Source of the DNA: Octopus sinensis
Lineage: Eukaryota
Reading direction: 5' to 3'
Length of the DNA: 64,000 nucleotides
NCBI RefSeq assembly: GCF_006345805.1
Contig: NC_043003.1
Span: 19,964,001 to 20,028,000, forward strand
Shown here one piece after another: positions 1 through 10,576 of this stretch. Made by a program: the position numbers and the translations under genes. Numbering within the stretch: position 1 is the stretch's first letter; every line of letters starts with the position of its first letter. Under the pieces are notes generated by a model that was not told the origin of the DNA, made no database searches, and was given only the letters and a program-made list of their open reading frames with translations.

Positions 1-12
1 GACGACCACCAC

Positions 13-44
<32 letters not shown>

Positions 45-58
45 ATATTATTATCACC

Positions 59-285
59 AAGGTGGCGAACTGGCAGAATCGTCAGAGCGTCGGACAAAAA
101 GTGCCTTGCAGTACATGCTCCGGCTCTTTAATTCCTGCGTTCAAATCACGTTGATTTCAGCTTTGCCTTTCACTCAACCGGGATCGATAAAATAAAGTAC
201 CAGTCATGCATTGGAGTCGATAGTATCAATAACTCCCTCCTCCCTTCAAAATTGCTGATCTAGTGCCTAAGTCAGAAAATATAAC
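59..285 (+). mobile_element. SINE family A, diverged copy
   Basis: Head aaggtggcgaactggcagaatcg, B-box-like gttcaaatc and body ctttgcctttca...gatcgataaaataaagtaccag, shared with more than 15 copies in the window. Confidence 0.8.
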
Positions 286-503
286 CGTTATTTGGGATAT
301 TTTATTGCTGGTTTCGAAATATACCCCAAGAGCGATCTTCCTTTCTTTTATTATATCATTTGTATTTTAAAAAAAATTTTGTATTCTGAAAATCCATTTA
401 TGGTCTCCATTGACAAATTCATGCATAAATACATTCATTCGTTCATTCAGTTTTATATTTCAATCATTTCATTCTACGTTCATTTTATTTATTCAACAAC
501 TAT

Positions 504-588
504 TTCATCATCATCATCACCACCACCACCACCACCACCACCACCACCATCATCATCGTCGTCGTCATCATCATCATCATCATCATCG

Positions 589-624
<36 letters not shown>

Positions 625-789
625 CCATCACCATCATTATCAACATCGTCGTCACCATCATTGTCATCAACATCATCATCATCATCATCACCATCATCAT
701 CATCGTCGTCGTCATCATCATCATCATCATCATCGTCATCATCATCATCACCATCACCATCATCATCAACATCATCGTCAACATCATCG

Positions 790-824
<35 letters not shown>

Positions 825-825
825 G
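504..825. repeat. Compound trinucleotide microsatellite (CAT/CAC/CGT)n
   Basis: Read directly; it explains the poly-S/H/D/M ORFs at 292-878. Confidence 0.95.
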
Positions 826-835
826 GTGTTTCTAA

Positions 836-1061
836 GACGGTAAGCTAGCGCGGAATCATTATTTAGCCTGCCTGGCAATGTTTCCTAGTGGCATTTCGTC
901 CGTTTTTTACATTCTGAGTTCAAAATCCGTGGAGGTCAGCTTTGCCTTTCATCTTTACGAGGTCGATGAGATGATTAACAGTCGAGTACTGGGACCGATG
1001 TAATCGATAATCCTCCCCCCCCCCGAAATCGCTAGCCTTGTACAAAAAAATTGAAATCGCC

Positions 1062-1062
<1 letters not shown>
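836..1062 (+). mobile_element. SINE family A, diverged copy, followed by (ATT)n 1063-1110
   Basis: ttctgagttcaaaatccgtggaggtcagctttgcctttcatc...agtactgggaccgatgtaatcga matches the family A body. Confidence 0.8.
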
Positions 1063-1092
<30 letters not shown>

Positions 1093-1207
1093 TATTATTA
1101 TTATTATTATTTAGAACTATATTGCTACTCATTTGTTCATTTTTTCGTTTGTGTTTTGAATTCGTTTGTATGAATTTGTTTTCGAAATTTCGAATTTCAT
1201 TCATTAT

Positions 1208-1270
1208 AATGGCGGTGCCCCAGCATGACCACAGCTCGTGAGCTGAAACTAGATAAACTAAAAAAATATA
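1208..1270 (+). mobile_element. Short SINE 3' tail fragment (sibling of the family B tail); second copy at 3614-3672
   Basis: aatggcggtgcc(c)cagcatg(a/g)ccacagctcgtgagctgaaactagat occurs twice and resembles the family B tail aaggcggtgctccagcatggccgcagtc. Confidence 0.55.
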
Positions 1271-1419
1271 TATAAATAAATAAATCTTCTGTTTCTTTAG
1301 TGAATTAATATGTAATCATTCTCTTGCTCTCCTTTATTTATTCTTTTATTCTTTCATTCAGAGAGTTCGAATATACGTACATTCTTTTGATTATTGTGCT
1401 GTTTAGTCACCAAGGCTAT

Positions 1420-1700
1420 AGTCAGAAATGTTCCCGCCACGACCATCCTGACTGTTTATTGTCTTAAACATTGTGTATATAAGTCAAATGGCTCGATCGT
1501 CTGCGTTTAACAACGGACGAGCCTATCGCGAAAGACATTCCACACATGACCATCCTGTCTTTTTCTAAGGACACAGTGCACTCAAAATCCCATTATCTAA
1601 CGTGTGCTTTTGTAGGACAGTGGATATGTGAAATAAAAGAGATTTAGCTGCTCTATCTAGCAAGTCAAACCACCACATAAAAGCCTCTTCGTTGATTTGC
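1420..1700 (+). mobile_element. Old interspersed repeat ('family E') remnant; related pieces at about 38925-39020, 49000-49380, 52380-52590, 54360-54410 (-), 55490-56060
   Basis: Shared degenerate motifs gagattt(a/g)gctgct(a/c)t(t/a)tctagca and gatggtcacagctggaa...gatcataggtctg. Boundaries are approximate. Confidence 0.4.
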
Positions 1701-2229
1701 CTAACGAAGTAATAAAATTTCTTTATTCGTTTACTTATTCATAAAATCCTTCATTCATTTATTCCTCCATTCACTTATTCCTCTTTCGCTTTGTACGTTC
1801 GTTTCGTCCCGTACTATGCCACGCACGTACGTTCGTTTTTAAGTCGGCTTCGTTGTCTGCTTGTAATTATACTTTCTTCACTAGTCTCATCATTCATGCT
1901 AATTATTCCTTCATACTTTCATTCCGTTCATCTTCTGTCTGTCTTTTATTTTTTCTCCTATGTCGATCATACAACGGCTATCATTATCAAAATCAGAGGG
2001 TCCCCACAAATATTTATTTGCTTAATGTTATCAGCTGGTTATTGTTATTCAAAAGGTTTCGGCCCAAAGAGATGACAATAAGCAAGCTTTCCACTCATTT
2101 ATATATATATATTTTTTTCTCAAAAACTATTTTTTACATTTAAAATATTATTTCTTTGCTCATCTCCAGTTATCAGCTTTTCTTTCTTCCTCTCGATCTA
2201 TTGTATTTACTCGTTCCCCCTCTTTCTCT

Positions 2230-2267
2230 TCTGTCTGTCTGTCTGTCCAACTGACTCTGTCTGTCTG

Positions 2268-2315
<48 letters not shown>

Positions 2316-2326
2316 CTTACATATGC

Positions 2327-2359
<33 letters not shown>

Positions 2360-2393
2360 TGTATGTATGTATGTATGTATGTATGTATGTATG

Positions 2394-2432
<39 letters not shown>

Positions 2433-2450
2433 ATATATATATATATATAA
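2230..2450. repeat. Compound microsatellite (TGTC)(TA)(TATG)(TATC)
   Basis: Read directly. Confidence 0.95.
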
Positions 2451-2528
2451 TTAATTCAAAACAGAAAAAAGAAAAAGAAAAAGAAAAAAGAGGACGTAGT
2501 ACAAGCAATGCATTATATATATATACGC

Positions 2529-2566
<38 letters not shown>

Positions 2567-3198
2567 TACACATACATGAACATACGCATGTGTATGTATG
2601 TATATGTGTATGTGTTTGTGCATGTGTGTATGTTTGCGTGTATATATATTTGTGCACATATATTATGATTATATATATCGTTATACTAATACATCTGTTT
2701 GTTTTGTACACCACCTGTCTTCGTCTTTTTTTTTTTTTTCGTAAACTCTCCCTATATGTATATATATATTCACGCATAAACACTCATAGACACATTTATT
2801 TATGAATAAATATAACTTTCTGCCTCTCTCTCTAGGCACACACACACGCATACACACGTACACAAACGCAAACAAACATATATATAGTGTGTGTATGTGT
2901 GTGCGTGCGCGTTTGCATATGTGTGCCTTGCGCATTTTAATCAAACTTGAACACCTCGAAATATATTAATATGATACGGATGTATAAAATGAAACAGTTT
3001 GCAAGCGTGTGTGTATATCTATCTATCTATCTTCTTTTTTTTTTTTGTTCTTTTCTTCCCTTTTACGATCCCTCTTGATCGAAAACCTACGCCACCCCCC
3101 TTTTTTTTTGTTTTTTGTTTTTTTCATCCCCCAAAAGAAAAGCTCTACCTTGTAACTTGTCCCATCTGTGTGCAGCCCTGTGTGGCCAATAAAGAAAC

Positions 3199-3202
<4 letters not shown>

Positions 3203-3263
<61 letters not shown>

Positions 3264-3490
3264 CATCCACCCATACCCACACACACCTACCTACCTACCT
3301 TCCTACCTACCTACCTACCTACCTACCTACCTACTTACGTACGTACGTACCTACCTACCTACCTGTCTGTCTGTCTGTCTATCTATCTATCCACATATAC
3401 ATACGTACATACACACATACATACATACATAACATATATATAAATTCATATATGTCTCTCTCTCTCCCCCCTCTCTCTCTGTATATATAT

Positions 3491-3521
<31 letters not shown>

Positions 3522-3522
3522 G

Positions 3523-3563
<41 letters not shown>

Positions 3564-3590
3564 GATATATATATATATATGTATATACAT
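3203..3590. repeat. Compound microsatellite (TATC)(TACC)(TGTC)(TA)
   Basis: Read directly. Confidence 0.95.
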
Positions 3591-3678
3591 CCCACTTCTG
3601 ACAGATAATTTTGAATGGCGGTGCCAGCATGGCCACAGCTCGTGAGCTGAAACTAGATCAAATAAAAAATAAAAATAA

Positions 3679-3720
<42 letters not shown>

Positions 3721-4235
3721 GCTTACACACACGCACACACAAACATATGTATACAATATATATATGTATGTGTTGTGCTTGTGTATGTGTGTTGGCATGT
3801 GTGGTATGTGTGCGCGTTTAATCAGTTTTTTACGTATATGTGTACATATATGTATATATGTATGTGTTTGCATGTTACTGTACCATCAAAAACTCGAAGC
3901 ATATGACTAAAATGATATGACGTAGTGGCTCCTCGCAGAGTTTACGAAAGCGGGACTTAGACGGCATAGTAGTTGAGGGACCGGAGAATAACTGACAAGC
4001 ACTTCTCTTAAAGCTTCCTTGCACACTTGTAAACATACATGTAAATATTATATAACTATATACTGGCTTTGTGCCAAAATTTGAAACCATTATCTATCTA
4101 TATGAACATTATATATATATATATGTGTGTGTTGGTGTAAGTGTACATGTGACACACATATAAACACACTCTCACATATATTTACGACCAGGCTTTTTAT
4201 TATCTTACGACATAATTAACTTAATAAGTTATATT

Positions 4236-4502
4236 ATCGCTGGTCACAATGCGCTTTGCATTGTTTTAGCCTTCAAATGACACCACCCCGCTGGCTAAGC
4301 GAGCAGGCCAACAGAAGAAAGAGTGAGAGAAAGTTGTGGCGAAAGAGTACAGCAGGGACCGCCACCAACCCCTGCCGGAGCCTCGTGGAGTTTTTTAGGT
4401 GTTTTCGCTCTATAAACACACACAACGCCCAGTCTGGGAATCGACACCGCGATCCTACGACCACGAGTCCGCTGCTCTAACCACTGGGCCATTGCGCCAC
4501 CA
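4236..4502 (-). mobile_element. SINE family D (tRNA-derived head)
   Basis: Minus strand ggcgcaatggcccagtggttagagcagcgg (A box) ... gtgtcgattcccaga (B box); body shared with 5457-5700, 31596-31785 and 54424-54716. Confidence 0.85.
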
Positions 4503-4703
4503 CATATATTTTAAATATGTAGTAAAAATAGTAATACGTTATTATAATTATCTATTTTATATATTTATATATAAGTAATATACATCACCCAGTATATTGT
4601 CCCTAGGATGCCTTTACTGGAAAGCATCATGTTGCAAATACTCTGGTCAGGGTCAGGGTCGGCCCTAGGGTTGCTGGCACATACTACACAAACACAACAC
4701 ATA

Positions 4704-5195
4704 TACTCTCTTTACTCTCTTTTACTCTTTACTCTTTTACTCTTTTACTTGTTTCGGTCATTTGACTGCGACCATGCTGGAGCACCGCCTTTAATCGAGT
4801 AACTCGACCCCGGGACTTATTCTTTTGTAAGCCCAGTACTTATTCTATCGGTCTCTTTTGCCGAACCGCTAGGTAACGGGGACATAAACACACCAGCATC
4901 GGTTGTCAAGCAATGCTAGGGGGACAAACACAAACACACAAACACACACACGCATATATATATATATATAGCTTTTTGGTATATATATATATATATATAT
5001 ATAGCTTATAGGTATATATATATATATATATATACGACGGGCTTCCTTCAGTTTCCGTCTACCAAATCCACTCACAAGGCTTTGGTCGGCCCGAGGCTAT
5101 AGTAGAAGACACTTGCCCAAAGTGCCACGCAGTAGGACTGAACCTGGAACCATGTGGCTGGTAAACAAGCTACTTACCACACAGCCACTCCTATA
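4704..5195 (-). mobile_element. SINE family B, full length, with internal (TA)n(TG)n and (GAGTAAA)n-like tail
   Basis: Minus strand ggagtggctgtgtggtaagtagc...ggttccaggttcagtcc tRNA-like head; body aaagccttgtgagtggatttggtagacggaaactga; tail ggcggtgctccagcatgg...aacaagtaaaagagta. Confidence 0.9.
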
Positions 5196-5243
5196 CATAT
5201 ATGTATTGTGTATATATGTGTGTGTGTGCGTGTATGTGTGTAT

Positions 5244-5450
5244 GTGACCGCATGTGTACCGTTGGCGATTTTTTTCCTCCGTCTTCCCTTCTCTGGATCT
5301 TTCCTTTTCCTATGTTTCTGACGAAGAGCTCCGCTCGAAACGTTAATCTCTCCTTCTTCCCTTCTTTCCTGAGTGTCTAATAATACTATATTTGTTCCAC
5401 GTCCTCGCGTTGTTGTGTTTTCTCTTTGTGTTTTCATTTTTGGATTAACT
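5244..5450 (+). mobile_element. ~205-bp hammerhead-bearing element ('P1'), probably a Penelope-like non-autonomous/pLTR unit
   Basis: Homologous along its length to 9521-9718 and 47002-47204, with shared ends and microsatellite flanks; contains a minimal hammerhead. Confidence 0.7.
5314..5348 (+). ncRNA. Minimal type I hammerhead ribozyme motif (P1 copy 1)
   Basis: gttt-CTGACGA-a-gagc-tcc-gctc-GAAA-cg-TT-aatc: core intact, palindromic ACGU stem III, one mismatch in stem I. Confidence 0.7.
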
Positions 5451-5456
5451 ATATAT

Positions 5457-5698
5457 ATCACGTGATCACGTGACCGAACAATGCGTTCGCATTGTTTTAG
5501 GCTTCAAATGACGCCACCCCACTGGCTAAGCGAGCAGGCCAACAGAAGAAAGAGTGAGAGAAAGAGTGGTGAAAGAGTACAGCAGGGATCACCACCCCTT
5601 GCCGGAGCCTCGTGGAGCTTTTAGGTGTTTTCGATCAATAAACACCCCGATCCTGCGACCGCGAGTCCGCTGCCCTAACCACTAGGCCATTGCGCCTC

Positions 5699-5700
<2 letters not shown>
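5457..5700 (-). mobile_element. SINE family D with (TCACGTGA)n tail
   Basis: Minus strand tggaggcgcaatggcctagtggttagggcagcgg head; ends ...cggtcacgtgatcacgtgat. Confidence 0.85.
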
Positions 5701-5729
<29 letters not shown>

Positions 5730-5908
5730 ATATATATAAATAATAGTTATCGCCATAATAATATGGCATTCTTATAAAAATAAGAAAAAAGCTGTCCGCT
5801 TATTAGCTCCATGAGGCCATCGCCTTAAGTTAGCTATTTGATACACAAACTGTATCCATATAACCTTCGAACAAGGGAGGTCAGTCGCTACACACTACTT
5901 GACCGGCA

Positions 5909-5950
5909 GCTACAGACGCGTTTCGGAGTATTGCCCCTTTTCAATGCAGC
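5909..5950 (-). ncRNA. Type I hammerhead ribozyme, U3:A8 core variant (array unit 1)
   Basis: GCUGCA-UUGAAAA-GGGG-CAAUA-CUCC-GAAA-CGCG-UC-UGUAGC: 6-bp stem I, 4-bp stem II, palindromic ACGCGU stem III, GUC cleavage triplet (cut 5915/5914). Confidence 0.75.
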
Positions 5951-6265
5951 GTAGCCAGCCAGTAGGTGTCGCTTCCGACAATCTCTGTCGTGGTTTTATT
6001 TACCTAGTTTCGGTGGAATACATCCACTTGTTTTCAATAATAGAAATATTAAAATAACTAAGTCTCTCTAAAAGAGACAGCGGCAGCGTTCCCGGAAATA
6101 ATAGTTATCGCCATACTAATATGGCATTCTTATAAAAATAAGAAAAAAGTGTCCGCTTATTAGCTCCATGAGGCCATCGCCTTAAGTTAGCTATTTGATA
6201 CACAAACTGTATCCATATAATCTTCGAACAAGGGAGGTCAGTCGCTACACACTACTTGACCGGCA

Positions 6266-6307
6266 GCTACAGACGCGTTTCGGAGTATTGCCCCTTTTCA
6301 ATGCAGC
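6266..6307 (-). ncRNA. Type I hammerhead ribozyme, U3:A8 core variant (array unit 2)
   Basis: Identical to the 5909-5950 motif; predicted cut 6272/6271. Confidence 0.75.
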
Positions 6308-6627
6308 GTAGCCAGCCAGTAGGTGTCGCTTCCGACAATCTCTGTTCGATGGTTTTATTTACCTAGTTTCGGTGGAATACATCCACTTGTTTTCAATAAT
6401 AGAAATATTAAAATAACTAAGTCTCTCTAAAAGAGAACAGCGGCAGCGTTCCCGGAAAATAATAGTTATCGCCATACTAATATGGCATTCTTATAAAAAT
6501 AAGAAAAAAGCTGTCCGCTTATTAGCTCCATGAGGCCATCGCCTTAAGTTAGCTATTTGATACACAAACTGTATCCATATAACCTTCGAACAAGGGAGGT
6601 CAGTCGCTACACACTACTTGACCGGCA

Positions 6628-6663
6628 GCTACAGACGCGTTTCGGAGTATTGCCCCTTTTCAA
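6628..6663 (-). ncRNA. Truncated hammerhead (array unit 3), lacking the 5' strand of stem I
   Basis: Same core, stem II and stem III; the array stops at 6663 and joins a SINE A head. Confidence 0.55.
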
Positions 6664-6945
6664 CGGCATGTTAACGTTTCTACCAGCTCGCCGCCTTAAT
6701 AATATAGATTATTTCTTTCTTTATTGCCCACAAGGGCTTAAACATAGAGGGGACAAACAAGGACAAACAAAGGGATTAAGTCGATTACATCGACCCCAGT
6801 GTGTTACTAGTACTCTTTTAATTGACCCTGAAAGGATAAAAGCAACGCCGACCTCGGCGGAATTTGAACTCAGAACGTAAAGACAGACGAAATACCGCCA
6901 AGCATTTCACCTGGCGTTCTAACGGTTCAGCCAGCTCACCGCCTT
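6664..6945 (-). mobile_element. SINE family A: head remnant 6664-6700 plus full copy 6711-6945
   Basis: Minus strand aaggcggtgagctggctgaaccgttag...ttctgagttcaaattccgccgaggtcggcgttg...ccttgtgggcaataaagaaa. Confidence 0.85.
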
Positions 6946-7247
6946 GCAAATAAAATTATTAAGTAACCTTTAATTTAATTATGTCTTATTCTCAAGTTTG
7001 ACGGATAATGGATGATGAAGACGTTTTAATAAGCGAGAACATAGTTGAATATTTGAATCCGCCATGACGTAAACACACATACATACACACACAAACAGAC
7101 ACACAAATACACACACACTTATATATGAATATATGGAATTTATATGTATATTACATAGTACATATATAATTCATTCATATTCATATATATGTAATATAAT
7201 ATATAATTTATAATACATATATATTATATATATTATATATATATATA

Positions 7248-7310
<63 letters not shown>

Positions 7311-7620
7311 AGGTGAAGGTGCGTGGCTTAGTGGTTAGAGCAATTGGCTCACGATTCCCGGCGACGCGTTGTGTCCTTGAGCAAGACACTTTGTTTCACG
7401 TTGTTCCAGTCCATTCAGCTGGCAAAAAGTGAGTTGTACCTGTAATTCAAAGGACCAGCTTTGTCATACGCAGTGTCACGCTGAATCTCCCTGTAATTTA
7501 CGTTAAGGGTATACGTGTCTGTGGAGTGCTCAGCCACTTGCACATTAATTTCACGAGGAAGCTGTTCCGTTGATCGCAGCAGCTGGGACCCTCGTCGTTT
7601 AAACCGACGGAGTGCCCCTT
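7311..7620 (+). mobile_element. SINE family C (tail type 1)
   Basis: tggcttagtggttagagc head; gcgttgtgtccttgagcaagacactttgtttcacgttgttccagtccattcagctg core shared with 26561, 26909 and 47223. Confidence 0.8.
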
Positions 7621-7779
7621 TGATATATATATATATGCTCTTTAACTGCGTGAGTTGAGGGTATTGCTGTCTGAGAGATATCTTATGGTAGTGGAATAGT
7701 ATTTAACTGCTATTTCTAAATTTCAGTAAATAATGAAGCAATTTTTGCTGAACCCTAATTATAATATGCTTATAATTAT

Positions 7780-7789
7780 AGAATTTATA

Positions 7790-7831
<42 letters not shown>

Positions 7832-7893
7832 TATATATGTACATATATATTATGTAATTATTATTTATCTTACCGTTTTATCAATATATGTAT

Positions 7894-7971
<78 letters not shown>

Positions 7972-8090
7972 ATACTTATATATATTATATATATTATTAT
8001 ATATATATATATATAATATATGTACATATATATTATATATATGTATATATATATATATAATATATATGTATAATATATGAATACATACAT
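7780..8090. repeat. Degenerate (TA)n array interrupted by tcttaccgttttatcaata
   Basis: Read directly; the insert matches the 3' end of the 60701-60865 element. Confidence 0.9.
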
Positions 8091-8948
8091 TATACCTACA
8101 GGTAGAATATACTTAAGATGGGTAGAATATACTTAAGCACAAGGCTACGCACACACACACATACGCTCACACATTTATACATACACGAACACACAGCTAC
8201 GCCGTCGCCATATCATACGATATTCAGCTTGTTTGAATATAGGTTTATTTGCAAGCAAAAACATACCGTGATTAGCATATTGTGATAAACACAGAATATA
8301 GTACAGAGTAAGATAACAGAGTGAAAAACATATAGGTATATCGGTTAAAGTCAACCATACTCTAACCGTCTGTTCTTTCGCGTTCTGTCTATTCGCTACT
8401 CTTTTTAATTGATTGTATACACAAATACACGTGTACCTGCAAAGGGGTGTATTTGAAGATATTGCACTGCTCTCTCTCCCCCTCTCTCTTTCTTACTCTC
8501 TCTCTGTGTCTTTTCACTTGGTCTGCGTCTCTGTCTGTCTCTCTCTCGCTGTCTTTCTCTGGCTGTATGCATCACTGCTTTGGCTTAGAATTAATTCACT
8601 TATTTCCACAGAACAATCCTCTCTTCACTCATTCCGTGTTGTTTGTCTTTGAGTTAAGGGTGGATACAATGGCTTCATGAGACGAGTCCACATGGGAAAT
8701 TTTGACGATGTTCGTCTGTAGACACTCCTACAGCATTTCGTTTGAATTCATACCGTTTAAAGTAACCCACAGAAAATGGATGAACATCACACTATCTCAT
8801 TCTCCCTCCACCTATATACTAATGTAAACAGTAAGTCTCATTTACCGAGTCGTTTGACAGGTTGGAAATCGCAGCCAAGCCTTCCTCAATTCAGACCCTA
8901 CCGTTTTAAATAAGGCAAGGAGCCATTGGACTATATTGTTTTACATAC

Positions 8949-9180
8949 CTATTTCTTTACTACCCACAAGGGGCTAAACACAGAGAGGACAAACAAGGAC
9001 AGACAAACGGTTTAAGTCGATTATATCGACCCCAGTGCGTAACTGGTACTTAATTTATCGACCCCGAAAGGATGAAACGCAAAGTCGACCTCGGCAGAAT
9101 TTGAACTCAGAACGTAACGGCAGACGAAATACGGCTACGCATTTCGGCCGGCGTGCTAACGTTTCTACCAGCTCACCGCC
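8949..9180 (-). mobile_element. SINE family A, full length (tail gggtagtaaagaaatag)
   Basis: Minus strand ggcggtgagctggtagaaacgttagcacgccgg...gtaagtaccagttacgcactggggtcgatataatcgac...ccttgtgggtagtaaagaaatag. Confidence 0.9.
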
Positions 9181-9454
9181 CTATGTATGGTTTACATACC
9201 ATTTCCCTTCATGAGACACACACACACACACACACAACCACACACACACACACACACAACCACACACGCACGCACACACACGCGCACACACACACCACAC
9301 ACACATACACACACACACGTACGCATATATACAAAGTATGGGGGATTTAGTTCACAAGTGACCTAAACCATTAGGTACGCTAGGTAAGTACTGTAAAAGA
9401 TTACTAGGGCACCAAAGTCATACCCCAGACGGTAGTTATGCATTGGATATCCGC

Positions 9455-9487
<33 letters not shown>

Positions 9488-9520
9488 GTAGGTCCCGGGT
9501 TGAGTCGGGGTTAACCACAG

Positions 9521-9718
9521 TAACCACGTGTGAATCGTTGACGATTTTCTTCTTCCGTCTTCCCTTCTATTGGACTTGCCTCTGTTTCCGAAGAAGAGCG
9601 TTTGCTCGAAACGTTAAACCACCTTTCTTTCCTTCCCTAAGCGCCTGCTAATACATTACATATACCACGTCCTCACGCTGTTGTGTTTTTTATGTTTGTT
9701 CTTTTTGGGATTTTCGAT
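9521..9718 (+). mobile_element. P1 hammerhead element, diverged copy
   Basis: Aligns to 5244-5450 (ttccgtcttcccttct...gctcgaaacgtta...ccacgtcctc(a/g)cg(c/t)tgttgtgttt). Confidence 0.7.
9584..9619 (+). ncRNA. Minimal type I hammerhead motif (P1 copy 2), core CCGAAGA
   Basis: gttt-CCGAAGA-a-gagc-gttt-gctc-GAAA-cg-TT-aaac: perfect stems I and II, U4 replaced by C. Confidence 0.6.
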
Positions 9719-9924
9719 ATACATATATATATATATATATTTCTACCCATTCTGCACAGCGCTTTCCTTGGATAATGGAATTGCAGCTGTAATATCCTAC
9801 TTATTTTTTCTTACTTTTATTTTTATTCTCTTATTTCCCTTTATACTTCCCATATCCATCCTTTTCCAAAATAACTCCTTATATTGAACTATACTGTTTC
9901 CCCTGTAGTTAACTCTCTCATATC

Positions 9925-9966
9925 GTCTCTGGTGAAGGAATATCCCTAATATTCCACAAAAAGCTA
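9925..9966 (+). ncRNA. Decayed hammerhead-like relic
   Basis: gtct-CTGGTGA-a-GGAATAT-cccta-ATATTCC-a-CAAA: a 7-bp stem II survives, but two core positions and the 3' half are broken. Confidence 0.3.
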
Positions 9967-10114
9967 CCTTTCTCTTTATAAATGTCCTATAAATTCCACA
10001 CAGTCTTGGCTTTATGTCATTTTAGTTAACACACACACACACACATATGTACTCAAATGTGTATGTCTGCTTACGCATCATTGTCTCTCTTTTACACACA
10101 CACACACACACCAC

Positions 10115-10153
<39 letters not shown>

Positions 10154-10576
10154 CACGCACACACACACACACACACACACACCACACACACACACAGGGG
10201 CATATGCACACAAAGATATATACACTGCCGTGTATATACCATGACTCTCATATATATATAAGATGTTCAGTGTATTTGGTTATAGCTTTTATGTGAGAGG
10301 GGTAGCCGAATGGTTAGAGATTTTTGTTGTGCAATCATGAGGTCCTAGATTAAATTCCACAACAAACTATCTTGGACAGAGTTCTTCCACCAGAAACTGA
10401 GATCGACCCAGGCATTCTGAATAAAATGGTGGTAAATAGAAAACTTATAGTCTATATTCCATCTGATAGAGTGTATCTATATTTAAAAGGGTAATTTGTT
10501 TTCACATACAGTAAGGACCATGCTATTTCTGCATAAGAATTATCTTAAGAGAGTACAAATGTCTGCGGAACAATTA

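Larger units (their letters stand above)
5738..6663 (-). repeat. Head-to-tail tandem array of ~360-bp units (2 full + 1 partial), one hammerhead per unit; retrozyme-like
   Basis: Units start at about 5741, 6099 and 6460 (taatagttatcgccata) and are nearly identical apart from small indels. No ORF. Hammerhead is on the minus strand. Confidence 0.9.

Noticed and set aside
292-878. Long poly-Ser/His/Asp/Met ORFs
   Set aside because: They are translations of a (CAT)n compound microsatellite, open in several frames on both strands.
4440-4500. tRNA-like sequences (also 26909, 31596, 39651, 50560, 54424)
   Set aside because: They have A and B boxes but no complete cloverleaf or acceptor stem, and they run into repeat bodies, so they are SINE heads.
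5738-6663. Array as CRISPR or simple satellite
   Set aside because: There is no repeat-spacer alternation, the units are ~360 bp, and the context is eukaryotic.
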